Source: Octopus bimaculoides (Eukaryota). From it: a stretch of DNA of 64,000 bases. Every line of letters starts with the position of its first letter. Position 1 is the stretch's first letter. The notes beneath the pieces were generated by a model. The model did not search any database. It was not told the DNA's origin and saw nothing but the letters and a program-made list of their open reading frames with translations. The stretch spans positions 54,586,533-54,650,532 of the forward strand of contig NC_068988.1 in assembly GCF_001194135.2 (NCBI RefSeq), read 5' to 3'. Position numbers and translations under genes: made by a program. Shown in pieces: positions 49,901 to 63,635 of the stretch.

Positions 49901-50084
49901 TCAATTGATGAACAATAGTATCATTTGTTAATAAGCCTCTAACAGGCCAGTCATTGGCTCCAGTTTTCAACAAGCCAATCACTGCCATCTCTCACGGCAA
50001 GAGTCACAAGCTGCATTGCTCATATCAAAGCTGCTCCAGCTATAACCATCCACTCATTTTTTCTTTCTGAGAATTGCGCGTTCA

Positions 50085-50305
50085 CATCACATGACCATAC
50101 CAGTGCAGTCTTCTCTCTTGCGTACAACATCTGATACTTTTTGTGTGCAGTTTCTCCCTTGCAAAACATTTGGACTTCCTTATTCATGTACTGTGTTGCA
50201 CAGCAAACAGATCATGATTAACTTCATTTCTTTCTAGTCTTCACATGTCCAAGCATCAAACAGTCTGCCTTTCACTCTAAGAGACAGGCCTTTTGTTACC
50301 AACAG
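50085..50305 (-). mobile_element. RTE-clade LINE, C-terminal ORF relic
   Basis: Minus-strand peptides LVTKGLSLRVKGRLFDA, RLERNE and REKLHTKSIRCCTQERRLHWYGHVM, typical of the RTE post-RT region. A further RTE-like 3' fragment lies at ~43880-44110. Confidence 0.85.
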
Positions 50306-51619
50306 AAGTCATAAATCTTTGATCACACGTATATCTAAATGGCTACTACAAATATTCTAACTGTGCTTTCACTAACCTGGCTTTGGTGAACCCAAGGCTA
50401 TGGTAGCTTCAAGTATCGTGCAGTGGGCTCAAAACCAGAACCAAGTTGATTGCTAAGTGGAATTCTTAACCAAACAACCATTCCTGCTCTCATTTATTTG
50501 TTAAAAGAATTAAACAGGTATTAATAGACGAAATTAGAATGAAGAAGGAATTTGCATAAACAGAAAATTGACTTTTTTTTAGAGAGAATGAGAGAAGTAT
50601 TGAGATGTGATAAGCTTGAGATATTGTATTATTGAGATGACAAGTTAAGTCACAGCATCAAATACAACGCCTTGCAGTATTCGTTTCCGCTCTCAGTGTT
50701 CTGAGTTCAATTTTACCTTTATCTCCTTGGTAGACTACGAGCATTGTCCACCCCATTTAGACTGTGAATTATATTAAGTCACCAGCCTAGTCCTACAGTA
50801 GAAATATTTTCAGAGCTGCTGCTGTGATTGTCAAAATACTTTTAAAAAATAAATTTTATTGCAGCAATATTTTACTTTTGAAATACTTTTGCTACTTTTC
50901 AGTTGTAAAACTTAATGACTTTATTCACTTCTCATTAAAGATAAACAAAGGTTTTGTAATAATGAACCTGAACATCTTCCTCTCAACTGGTTAATGAAAC
51001 AAAAAATTCCCATCCAACCTCTATGGTTTGACATAGATACTTAGTATTTATAATTTATTGATTAAATTATTCTAGAGTGGGCTGTATTGATCATGTTATT
51101 AGCCTTCTTACTATAATTCTCATTTAAAATACTGCCTTTGTTTCAGTTAATTTTTAAAATAATGAACAATTTTTTAGGATAACTTTGTCATGATTAAAGC
51201 TGCTGTTTGAAAATGTAAATTAATAAGAAATTTTGATGGAAGATTTTAATTTAGATCACTTTAAAACAGGAAGCTTATAACATGAAAACCAAGAGCTACC
51301 TCAAGCGCTTTGGTATCAAAATGGTTAACCTCTCTCTCTCTCTCTCATTTGGTAATTTGTTGGTAAATTGTTTTAAGTGCCATGTAGTCATGAGCAGACA
51401 GTCATTCTCTTCACCCTCCCACTCAGGGTTCAGAACATCCAGGATGTAACAGCTGGAAGGAGAGAGGACAACACCTGCACTGAGCTGGCACTCATTTTCG
51501 GCCGAGTTGAGTGGAACAATGCAAAATGAAGAGCCTTGCTCAAGGAGACAATGTACCACCCCATCTAGGAATTGAAATACATAAGCTCATGATCATGAGT
51601 GCAACACTTTAACCACTAG

Positions 51620-52420
51620 GCTGTACATCATTTCAAGCTATATCGGAACTTGGAAAAACATTTTAAAGCATCTCAGAATTTGCTTTAAGTATTTTATGAT
51701 TCTTTGCAGTATTTTCATTGCTTCAGTAATTACTTAAGGGTTTATATTTGAATAATTCAAAATTCACATTTATTTCAATCAATTCTTCTCTACATCTGTT
51801 TTTCTATTTCAACCTAGAATTATGAAACAATCTTGTCAAGAAAATGTATATTTTCAAGACCTGCTTAACAAATTTAAAAATTTTTTCTTTAATCCTTATT
51901 AATTGGCAGAAATACCATTGTTTTCAGCCATAAACTCAAAACCATGCAGCTGCTCACTTGCATCTTCCAGGGTATTATCAAATAAAGTTGCACCTACTAA
52001 AACTTACTCATTGGTTCGAAGAGTTATGTTTCTAACTAAGGTACTGTCTGCCTGAATATTTTCCTCTGCTCCTAATTCTAGTTGTGACAAGTTTGAAAAA
52101 TACTGAAAATTCTTACATCGACCCCAGTGTTCAACTGGTACTGAACTTTATCAACCCCAAAAGGATGAAAGGCAAAGTTGACCGTGGTGGTATTTGAACT
52201 CAGAACATAGGGATGGATGAAATATCGCTAAGCATTTTGCCTGGCATGCTAACTATTTCTGCCAGCTTGCTGTTTTGCCCTACATGAACATATTAAAACT
52301 TGTAAAATATTGACTAGCTGAATAGAAAACTTAGACTGTTGAAGTTTTAAAGTTGCCATCTTTTCAACATCTGTTACCATCGCATCAATATGGCATTGTA
52401 CTTTGTTACTGAGAAAAACA
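51620..52420 (-). mobile_element. Decayed hAT transposase (ZMYM1-like group), split by a SINE
   Basis: Stop-riddled peptides NTLEDASEQLHGFEFMAENNG, EELIEINVNFELF and NVFPSSDIA (resembling the FPNLxIAL motif before the hAT dimerisation domain). Confidence 0.55.
52114..52272 (-). mobile_element. SINE family C copy, CpG-decayed
   Basis: Reverse complement reads GCATGCCAGGCAAAATGCTTAGCGATATTTCATCC...GTCAACTTTGCCTTTCATCCTTTTGGGGTTGATAAA. Confidence 0.88.
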
Positions 52421-52809
52421 ACTACCTTCTAATTGTATGTGTTATACCATTTTATTGTATGTTAAAGGGAATATTATAAAAGGCCTAAATTCCCTTTTTG
52501 ATATCAGCATGAGATCAACACTTGGGAAATGGCTTTAGATTGGACATTTACCAAAAATTTTTTCTAGTATTGTGAAAAAAAACTAATTGCAGCTTTATTT
52601 TATCTGAATACTTTCTCCCAAGGCGGTGTTTGATTTTCAAAGGCATCATTACATCATTTCCTTAAGTTTTTTCACATAACACACATATACGTAGGTACTG
52701 TCTGCCTCATTAGTGATTAAGGAAATAAAACAAAATTTTGAATATTCCTGTTTATATTGCCAACATTTTTTTTCTTTTTAGCATTGAAGGTTGGCATACT
52801 GTAAAATTG

Positions 52810-52840
<31 letters not shown>

Positions 52841-54298
52841 TCTTTATATCATGAGAGCAAAGTTTCAAAAATAGATGGAGGATTTTGAAGGATTGCTTTG
52901 GTATAATGGTGAAAAAGCTGTCATGTTTACAGAAGCTGGGTTCAAGTCACATGAGCAGCCTTCAAGTTTTTCCATCCAAGGGTTTTTTAACATATTTACA
53001 CATTATGACATATAGCCTTATCTACTTTGAATTCCACCCTTGAAAACAATTTATTTCATATATATATATATATAAACATATACACAGAATCCTTATGAAT
53101 GCAATAACATAAGCTGATTTCTTCAAAATAGTCTAATTATTTTATAATTACATTATGATATTTAGTCAATTATTTCCTCTTTCATGTTTTACTTGGTTGC
53201 CAATTTCTGCAAAGAAACATGTGACATAAACGCACAACACACATATACAAAAGCAAAATACATTCCTGTTGTAATAGGGCTAATTGATTGAAAATAATTG
53301 TGTGTATGTGTGCATACACATACACATACCAACACATTGGGGAGTGGGGATTAATATACATATTCACAGCTCTGAAATACCTGTGGATATACAAATTGTC
53401 AACAGTCAAATAATTACTCTTTCAAAACAAAGATACACTGAAATGTTATAGATTTTATTGGTAAAAATTAGCCAAAAGAAAAAAAAAAAAAAAANNNNNN
53501 NNNNAAAAAAAAAAAAAAAAAAAAAGGAAAAATCCTGAATAACCAAAATGGAGAAAATATGTTGACTGGCTAGGGATATGCATATGAGGTTGTATTATTC
53601 TGTTATATTCTGAAACCACTTTGGTAATGTTTTCCCATGAAGGGCACTGATAATGGTGCCATGTAAAAAGCACCCAGTACACTCTGTAAAGTGGTTGACA
53701 TCAGGAAGGGCATCTAGCTGTCAAAACCAAGCCAAAATATACTGTAGGACCTTGTGTGGCTCCTGGCCTTGCCAGCCCCTGTCAATCTGTCCAACCCGTG
53801 CCAGTATGGAAAATGGATGTTAAATGAGATTGATGATGTATTGGTGTATGCAACTGTGGCAATGTATTTGCATCTATCTACTTGTCTATTCATCTGGTGT
53901 TGTTTTGTTTATGTTCTTGTAACTTAAAGGTTCATCAAAAGAGACCAACAGAATAAGTACTAGACTTAAAAAAGAAATATCTGGAACTGATTTGATCAAC
54001 CAAACCCTTAAGGCAGTACTTGAGCATTGTTGCAGTCCAGTGACTGAAACAAGTAAAAGAATAAAAGAATGTGTGTGTGTGGGGGGNNNNNNNNNNGGGG
54101 GGACTTAGAAAAGTTTGTTGTGCCTGATTCATCTGAATATTCCTGTCACAGTGGATATAAGTAAAATATAGTGAAGCAAGAAAAAAAAAAAAAAAAAGCT
54201 CAAAAAATGTAATTGTAATGATTTACCTGAGAAATATAAACATGTATGTGGTTGTTAATTATTGCATTTGGCTTCGTGAATGAAGTAAAGCAGTGGAG

Positions 54299-54600
54299 TT
54301 GGCACAAGACAGTAGCTAGCTATCAGCACAGAATAGGTAGTCGAATTGATACTCGTGATAGACAGCGGAATTGGCACAGATAGTAGAGATCTGGCAGTAA
54401 GTACAGACTAGGTAGTTGAATTGATATTCCTGGTAAGCTGCTGACATTGGTGTTGGCACAGTACAGTGATGTGAATGCTCTACCACCGTGTACTGTTGTC
54501 TCTTTGGTGTTACTGCAGTCTGTTGAAGGCTGGAAGTTGAGTTGATACAGATTGCAGAGCACCGTCTGTAGAAATTTGGCACACACAAGAGAGCTTTGTT
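54299..54600. repeat. Degenerate tandem repeat (~72-82-bp units), probably part of a mobile element
   Basis: TTGGCACA anchors at 54299, 54371, 54453 and ~54576. TAGGTAGT(C/T)GAATTGATA(C/T)TC occurs twice. Confidence 0.55.
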
Positions 54601-54931
54601 AGTTGAGTTGGCATTTCTAGAAGAAAGGTGGATGTCAAGATAAAGTCCTGGTGCTCATACAAACAGAAGAGTTTGTGCTGGTGGTTGGGATTAGGACAGA
54701 ACCTGTAGACATCATCATCATTTAACAGGCATTTTCCATGCTGGCATGGTTTGGACAGTTTGACCAGAGCTAGGGAGCTGCACCAAACTCCAGTCTGGTT
54801 TGGCATGGTTTCTATGGCTGGATGCTCTTCCTAACACCAGCCACTTTACAGAGCGTGCTGGGTGCTTTTTTTACACGGCACTGCTTGGACACTTTTATGT
54901 GACACCATACACATGCTTTTATGTGGCACTG

Positions 54932-55037
54932 CCAGGAGTGCTTTTTCACCATCAGAGGGATCAATCTTAACACTTCTGCTGTACTCAGCAGCAGAAATGT
55001 TAAGACCAGTCCCTCTGGTAGTGAAAAGCACTCCTGG
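54932..55037. other. 106-nt near-perfect inverted repeat (long hairpin)
   Basis: Left arm CCAGGAGTGCTTTTTCACCATCAGAGGGATCAATCTTAACACTTCTGCTG versus reverse complement of the right arm CCAGGAGTGCTTTT-CACTACCAGAGGGACTGGTCTTAACATTTCTGCTG: 7 substitutions and 1 indel, 7-nt loop. Confidence 0.9.
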
Positions 55038-55112
55038 TGGTGTAATGTTAGTGATTAAGTGTCTTAAATGTTTCTGTACCTCTTTAACACCGTCTCCTGC
55101 TTAAGTATTTAA

Positions 55113-55327
55113 CCCTATAATATTCAGATTATCCTGTCAATTATAATGCTTATTTATTTACATTGTTCTGAATTAATCCTGCATTATCTTGTAGCATCAG
55201 GATTTTGATGATTGTTTATTTTTAGAATGGTATTCTAGGGCAGATGTTAGAGGTTGGACCTGGTCACTATGAACATAAAACAAATAGGATATTTTGGTCA
55301 GATATGGCCAGATTAAATGCTAAAGGG
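55113..55327. mobile_element. piggyBac-type MITE, family 1 (reverse orientation)
   Basis: TTAA|CCCTATAATATTC ... AATGCTAAAGGG|TTAA. Confidence 0.85.
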
Positions 55328-55529
55328 TTAAAGGATTATCTTTCTCTTTTATCTTTTACTTGTTTCAGTCATTGGACGGCAGCCATGCTGGAACACTGTC
55401 TTGAAGGGCTTTTGTCAAACAAATTGACCCAGTGCTTATTTTTTAAAGTCTGATACTTATTCTATTGATCTTTTTTTGTTGAGTCACTAAGTTACAGGAC
55501 ATAAACAAACCAACACTGGTTAAACACAG

Positions 55530-55584
<55 letters not shown>

Positions 55585-58493
55585 CGATGGGTTTCCACTC
55601 AGTTTCCATCCATCAAATTCACTCACAAGACATTAGCTGGCCAGGGACTGTTGGTACTGAACCCTAAACTATTTGGTTGCAAAATGAGCTTCTTAGCCAT
55701 ACAGTGCTTGTACCCACAATCATGAGTCCCATTTGTCTGTCATGAACAGAAGAAGAATCTTACACTTCAAATATGACCCATCATCTAAGCACAAATGAAA
55801 ATTTTCAAGGATTGCTTTTGAACTACAACTAACATTTCAGAGCTCCTAGCATTCTATTCTTAAAGTGTCTCAACATGTTGGGTTGTATTTGTCATATCTA
55901 ATATAGTTCAGCAATTGTTTCCAGCCATGCCCTGTTTAATTATATTAATACTTTTATATTTGAATATTTTATTATTAATTATTTTTTAATTTAAATTTAA
56001 TTATTTCATGGCAGATTGTTTTTTTTTTTTTTGTTTCTTTCTTATTAAAACATTGTTCTAATTTACAATATTAGGTCATTTATGTTCTACAATTAAGGAA
56101 TTTTCTCCACTCCTGAATAAATTAGTTTTAGAGTCAATGTTCTACTAATTATTTATTGTATTCTGAAATAGGACATTGTAATATTCTTTGTTATTTATAT
56201 ATTACAACACTGGTAAGAAGTTATAGTTTGTTGCTGTTTATGAATTCATTTTATCAGTTTGTTGTTACTTAATCTCCAGTCATCTCTTGATCATGTGGAC
56301 ACGTGTAATCTAAAGCATTCTCACCATGACCATCTTCTCTTTTTATCCAGGCTAGTTCTTTTGTTCTTTTATTTGTTTCAGTCATTTGACTGTGGCCATG
56401 CTGGGGCTTTACCTTGATGGGTTTAATCGAACAAATTGATCCCTGTACTTTTTTTGTAATCTGGTACTTATTCTATGGGTTTCTTTTTTGCTGAACCACT
56501 AAGTTACGGGGATGTAAACAAACCAACACTAGTTGTCAAGTAATGATAGGGGGCAAACCCCAAGACTCACATATATATGTTGGGTTTCCACACAGTTTCC
56601 ATCTACAATATTCGCTCACAATTGATTGGTCCTGGGCCATAGTAGAAAATATTTGCCCATGGTGCTGCACAGTGGAACTGAACCTGAAGCCACAATGTTG
56701 CAAGGCATGTTTATTAACCACACACAGCCATGCCTGTGCCTATATCTAGAAATACATGATTGCCTATTGTTTTCTTTTAAAAAAGGAGGGTGTGATATAA
56801 GGAGAATTTGATCTGCAACTACCTGACCTTATTTCCTGACTTGGAAAACAAACTCCTTTCTCAAAACCGCACTTAGATTCAGACTCCCTTAGTTCCAGTT
56901 ACTAGTTTGTGTCACTTAGCCCTCATACTAGCATTGTGTGATTGTGTCAGTTTCGTTATTAACACTTAATGTAAACCCATTATATTTGTTAAGTGTTGGT
57001 AATTTTTCGCAAATATTAATAACCATGCAATTCTCCTGCCAAAACCTGCTTTCACCCTGCCAGATGTTACGTCCGATCAGAGCAATAATAACTGCATTTG
57101 AGATCAATAAAGTCAATATATGCAGTAGTTAACCTCTTTTTTAAATTTTGATTTTCTTCATTGTGCCTGAAAATTAAGTCAGAGCCTTTCTGTAAATTCA
57201 TTTAAGGATGGAAAATTTGGAAAGGAGTTTATTCTCCAACGAACATGATATACCAACAGAGTTGTAGTAAGAATTAGATTGCTCCTCTTTGTTGAAATTA
57301 AACGGATTTATTTAAACACTCATCAAACAAACTACATTTAATGGTATAAATATTAGAATACACAACTGGCAACATGTGACTTTAGGACAAATGCTTTGTT
57401 AAAGGCTATCATTTTCATGTATTTTATTTTATGAAAATCTGTTTGATGGTTATCTTAAATCTTCTGAAAAGGGTATGAGACATTTTGGTACAGCCATTTT
57501 GGCGCTTCCTATTTGGCAGTGTTGATTCAATGCCGACTTATTTGACATGAGGGATTTTAATGTTTTTCTCCTTTTAATCTTTCATTTTCTCTCCCTCTCT
57601 ATGTTTCTCTTTGGTGTGTGTGAACATATTTCTCTTCATGTGCATGAGGAGAGAGAAAGTGTCAGTTGTGTTCTATTATTAACTTGGAATGTCTCTCTCT
57701 CTCTCTCAATGTATGTGTGTGTGTATGTTTACCCTCAGTGCCAAAAAGTACTGTTGCCAAAACAGATTCTATGTCCAGTCAGCCATACCGAATCACCAGC
57801 ATCCTAACAACTGCACCCAATCATTTCATTCTGCTCCTGAAATTATTAGTATGGTTTCCTGTCCCTACCTGTCCTTAAGTCTACTGTGTAGCAGAACGTC
57901 TTTTTATATAGCCTTACAACCAAAAGATTCCTCTCCAACACTGTTGTTTCTGTCACTAGTGATGTTTTTATTTACTTTTTGTTTATTTACATTTTCTTTA
58001 GTAATTTATTATCCCAATTTGGTTTGATATTCCAAGTTCATTTGAAACCAATAATACACTTGTCATAAATACTTCTCTCATTCTACATCATAATCTTATC
58101 ACCTTTCTTTGCACTATATACTATATCTTAAATATCACACCTCCCACACAGTACTACATCACATTATATCACAACACCACCAGTTGCTATTACCTGTGTA
58201 TCCCCAGTTGGTTAGTATTTCCATCGCTGATTCTATGCAACCCCTGTAGTAAAATGACTGCAGCTGATGCCATCGAGCCACACTTTATAAACAGCTGCAC
58301 ACTTCTGTTGCATAACAAGTTAACTACTTCAACTGCTGTTGTGCAACCTAATTTGACATTGTTGTTTTGAAATCCAAGTATGCTCTTCATAGTTTTCTTT
58401 AGCAACAGTTACCTGTGTTCTTCCTGACACTACTGAATCTTAACAACTCTTCTATTGATATATGATTCATGTTTTTTCACCTCCTCTACATAG

Positions 58494-58514
58494 GTGGAGC
58501 AAGATATAATGACA
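58494..58514 (+). CDS. Candidate 21-nt microexon, or start of a short terminal exon
   Basis: Acceptor TTTTTTCACCTCCTCTACATAG and donor CA|GTAGGT, giving VEQDIMT or GARYND. Read-through in phase 0 gives VEQDIMTVGRMLASLQTDYQSVVLNPWARQQNIHHFSLLS*. Confidence 0.25.
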
Positions 58515-60986
58515 GTAGGTAGAATGCTAGCTTCTTTACAGACGGATTATCAATCTGTCGTATTAAATCCTTGGGCAAGGCAACAAAATATTCATCATTT
58601 CAGTTTACTTAGCTGAATATTTTTTAGATAGCAAAGCATAAAACAGTTACATGATAGCATTAGTAGTGTTGTTTAATTCAAGAGTAACTCAGTAATTTCT
58701 ATTTGTTTAGTTCGTATCCTACTAAAACTAATTTGATCTTAAGGTATCTGTATGAATAATAAAGTTGCAGACTAACAGGTCTGCAGATGTTGTAAAAACA
58801 TCAGCACCAAATCCGGAGCTACCTGTAACTAAAGGAGGCCTCTAAAAAGGAGTAATCATGTAATCTGTTAAAAAAAGCAGCTAAATCTCCTTTAAATCAC
58901 ACCATATCTTCAAGTGAAGACACACTGATTAATGTAGTCCAAGATACACTATATCTGCTAGATCAGGGGGCATTGCTGTGAAGGTTTAGTTGAACAAATT
59001 GACCCCAGAACTTATTTTTAAGCTTGGTATTTATTCTATCAGTTCTTTTGCCGAACTGCTACATTACGGAGATGTAAAAAAGCCAATGCCAATTAGTGGG
59101 ACAAACACAAAAACACATATATATGCTTATACACACACACACACATACACAGGTACAAAACAAGATAGAAACAAATAGTACTTGAGCACCAAAGGTAGAG
59201 TAAAATGCTATTGTATTAAAACCTCCCTCTCCTCACAAACTGTCACTCAGGGATCCACATGACCGTTTGTGAGACAGTAGTAATAATACAGAATAAAGAA
59301 ATTTTGTAAATTGTGAATAATATATTATATTTTATAGACACCATTTCAACATATATATGTAACAGGCTTCCACACATTTACCATCTATCAAATTCCCTCT
59401 CAAAACATTGGCTATTCCCTCTCAAAACCTGGGGCTATGGTAGACATTTTCCCAAGGTGCTGCACAATGGGATTGAACCCAAAACTCTTAAGTGTGTGGT
59501 TAAAAAGCAAAGTGAACTTCTTAACCTCATAACCATGCCGGCACCTCTGCAGATTTTCATTTTATCAATGTTCTGTAAACATAGCGCTCTTTTATTATTA
59601 TAGACATTATGTATATGTATACATATATGTGTATGTTTGTGTGTCTGTCTGTCCACCTCCATTACTTGACAACTAATGTCAGTGTGTTTACGTCCTCATA
59701 ACTTAGTGGTTTGGCAAAAGAGACCAATAGAATAAGTACTAGGCTTGCAAAGAATAAGTCCTGGGGTCAAATTGACTAAAGGCAGTGCTCTAGCATGGCC
59801 ACAGTCAAATGACTGAAACAAGTAGAAAAGAAAAAGTATTACCTAATATGCCGTAGTACTCCAGTTTTAAAATATAGCCTCAACATTTCTGCTTGATTTG
59901 TTATTTCTCTATCCTTCCCCCCCTCTACCATCATTGTCTGTGCCCATCTCTCAGGTTGTTACATTGCTTTCTTTTCCTCTCCTTCACCTTCTCTCCTCNN
60001 NNNNNNNNCTTTGCTTAACATTCATTTAAAAAAATACTATTATTTGCCAGCATCTGCTTTTTTTTATAAATACAACAATTATTTATATAGAGAAATCTGA
60101 ACCACAAGAAAAATATTCATTTTTTTCTTTTCATTTCTTTTTTTCTTTCAAAATTCTCTTTTATTCTTCATCTTTGGGTTTCTTTTCTTTCTTCTTTTTT
60201 TTTTTTTTTTGCTATATAACATAGTTATTCACTTTTCTACTGAATGCTATCACTTTATTCCAACATATCTCATAGAAACTTGTAAATTCTGAATTATCTG
60301 CTAGTATCTTCTTACTACATAAACTCTTTCGACAAATGCAAACTGTTTTGGACACAATTCAAGTTGGTTCATGGCAATAACAAGTGACTTAGTCATACTA
60401 AAACTTTCAGAATGCCTCAGAAGTAGCCAACAATTTAATGTTGAATGGGTGGTGGCAGATAAATAAAAAACTAAACAACAAAGAAAAAGAAAATTAAAAA
60501 AGAATAAACGAAATTGGTTTTATTTCTTTGCGTTCTTCACTGACATTTTATATATTTTTAAAATGAGAAAAAAAATTGAAGGATCTTCTATCAGTTTTAA
60601 CTATGATGTTTGTCTTTTTCAAGTGTAAAATCAATTTGGCAAAGTTGTTAGATCTTTGGATAAAATGTCTCTCAGTGTTCGTTCCAGCTTCTTGTATTCT
60701 GAGTTCCAATCTCTCAATGGCCTACTTGGGTGAAAGAGATAATCCATCACTCAAATACCACCACCTGCTACTTAGGGTTCCTTTTGTAGAATCTGCCTTG
60801 TTGCAAACATTCGGGACCAAATTTCCAGAGTGAGAATACTTCCCTCCCTCCCTCCTTTTTGTCTCTGAGACCCCGTAAAGGGTCATAGGCCTACCCTCTT
60901 GATCAAAATAGCAAACAAGAAAGAAACCTTTTTATTGAATTATAGTTTAAGGTGGTTGAATATTCCACAGATACTTGTACCCTTAA

Positions 60987-61208
60987 CCCTTTAGCATTTA
61001 AACCAGCCATATCTGGCCAAAATATTCTACCTGCTTTATGTCCAAACTGGTCAAATCTGGTCTCTCACATCTACCCTACAATGTCTTTCTAAAAATAATC
61101 ACATCATCAAAATCTTGAAGCTACAAGATGATTTATAATCAATTCAAAACAATATGAATAAATGCGAATAATAGTTTGTTTGACAAGAGTAATCTGAAAG
61201 CTAAAGTG
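60987..61208. mobile_element. piggyBac-type MITE, family 1
   Basis: TTAA|CCCTTTAGCATTTAAAC ... AAAGCTAAAGTG|TTAA. Confidence 0.85.
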
Positions 61209-61819
61209 TTAATGCAATTCCTCAGTGTGTGACTGAGTTTGTGACAAAGCCGATGTCTACCTGATGAGTTTCTACACTGTTTATGAATAAGGGAGCTTGC
61301 TGCACAAGTGGCAGCAGCATGCTCATGCACTATCTGTCTTTGCTGTCAACTCTCCCATTGACTGATAGCAGGTGTCATTAACATTCATTCAGCTATAGCT
61401 ACCTCATCTACTTCAAGAGGAACTCTGAGATCAGAGCAATGGTTCGCATGCTTGTTCAATAGAGCAGTGATGTAAGGCTACCTCTAAATGATAATGGCTG
61501 AAGGCCTCTAAGCGGGAACTGTAGTCAGACCCATGTTGTTTTCCAAAGGAATCTCAGCCTCAAGGTGCTTGTCTTAGCTTGGCACACACCTGCTGTGTCC
61601 ATGTGACAAGCAGCAGTGTTGCCAGTGGAATTATCATTCTGGAGCGGTGCCCCTTCCAGCTTTTAGTTTTAGTGTCAGAGCTTGCGTCAATCTAAGTTGG
61701 TGACAGAAGACATTTATCCAGAGTGCCTAACAGTGGGACTGAACCCAGAGCTTTATAATTGCAAAGCAAACTTCTTAATCCATTGCTTATGCCTGTGCTC
61801 TTCAACATAGCTGCATGCG

Positions 61820-61928
<109 letters not shown>

Positions 61929-62153
61929 GTATTTATAAAAATGTTAAATTACATTAGATTTGATCATAAGATATACAGTTACACATGCATACAGGCTTGC
62001 TGGTAAGAGCAAGTGTATACCATCTACTACAAGTGTACACATGCATTGGCACAAAATACGCCCACCTCTAAGCACTAGAAAAAGCATGTGTGTTTATGTG
62101 TATATGTGTGTGTATAAATATTATATACATGTATGTATGTATCTATCTATATA

Positions 62154-62202
<49 letters not shown>

Positions 62203-62979
62203 TACAAATTCACACGCATGCACACAATGAAACACACCCATAAGAGAGGGAGAGAGAGAGGAAGACAGAAAAAGTGAGAGGGCATAGAGAGAAGAATACA
62301 CTCTGCTATTGACTCAAATACTTGCACCAAGTTATATACAAAAGCTCTGTGTTACTTGGTAGCTTTGTATAATATATAGTTATAGTTATTTTTGCAGTAT
62401 GTTGCTATTTAATAAGGAACTCTCTGACCGTGTTTATTCTATGAAGAATAATTATTTCCTCATGACTTCATTTACTTATTGTTAATATCTTCTCAATATA
62501 TCAGACCTTGAGAGAAAATAGAACATTGACTCTGTGTCTTTTCATAATAGTCATCTGGTTATATTGCAGAATGATCTCTTCAATCAATAGTAAATTTTGA
62601 TAATATAATAGTGTGAGGGTAGGTATGGTAGATCGCCAGACTAAATAATAAATGTCTTGCAGGATTTAGTTTCGTCCCCAATTTTTTAATATTATTTATT
62701 TATTTATTTTGTTTTTGTTCTCACTTTTACAAACCACAAATTTCTTACACACTGGGTAAATCCGCTCCCATTTACAACCACATACTGTGATGATGTAAAT
62801 GCATTATATGAATGTGTATGTATGTGTATGCACACATAGGTATACATGCATGTGTATACATACATATATTAGTTTTATTAAAACGGAAGCTGAAAGTTTT
62901 AATAAAAAGAGCCATATCTTCTACAACATGAATTGAGCACTCCTTTCTCATTCGTCCAATATTAAGCGACAAACACGCT

Positions 62980-63028
62980 TGCCTCTCTCTCCCTCCCTCT
63001 CCCTCCCTCCCTCTCTCTCTCTCTCTCC

Positions 63029-63064
<36 letters not shown>

Positions 63065-63173
63065 GTATGCATATTATATTGACACATGTATATGTATATG
63101 TATATATACATATATATATGTATACATGTGTATATATATGTGTGTGTGTATGTGTATATATATATATATATAC

Positions 63174-63222
<49 letters not shown>

Positions 63223-63300
63223 CATACGTGTATGTATATATATATGTATACGTGTATGTGTGTGTATGTATATATATGTGTGTTTATATATATACAGATA
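62980..63300. repeat. Compound (CT)/(TA)/(TG) microsatellite block
   Basis: Directly visible. It explains the YI/VC-repeat ORFs in the track. Similar blocks at 7195-7385, 10400-10640, 13440-13530 and 38290-38385. Confidence 0.95.
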
Positions 63301-63635
63301 AGGAAATTATTTTATTCTTAAACGCAAGATAATGTTAATAATATAGCATGAACAGGATAAATTATCCATATTTTGCAGAAAAACCTTTTCGCAGCTGTTT
63401 ATGTGCATGGTTGTATTTAATTACTCAAATGTGCAGATAAATTTATAGGGATTCCTTAGTTAAATACAAGGTCACACATTTTAAGAGAGTAAACAGGCGA
63501 TAAAATCAACCATCTCTATTCCTTGTAGTTGACTGGTACTTTATCCATTTCCCATATAAGGATGAAGGCAAAATTGACCTCACTATGATCCAAATTCAAA
63601 ACACATTTTTTATACTCATACCCAGGAGTAGTTAA

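Noticed and set aside
51971-52102. Apparent exons on both strands (plus VLSNKVAPTKTYSLVRRVMFLTK; minus YFSNLSQLELGAEENIQADSTLVRNITLRTN)
   Set aside because: The minus frame continues past a stop into more hAT-like peptide and the acceptor abuts a SINE. A transposase relic explains it better.
58190-58405. 71-aa minus-strand ORF ending at a CAG|GTAATA donor
   Set aside because: No usable acceptor or recognisable domain, and an in-frame stop lies two codons upstream. Left unassigned.
60576-60833. 85-aa plus ORF and coding-like antisense peptides (RPLRDWNSEYKKLERTLRDILSKDL)
   Set aside because: Frames are broken by stops and there is no coherent splice pair. Possibly a decayed retroelement, but I cannot support a family call.
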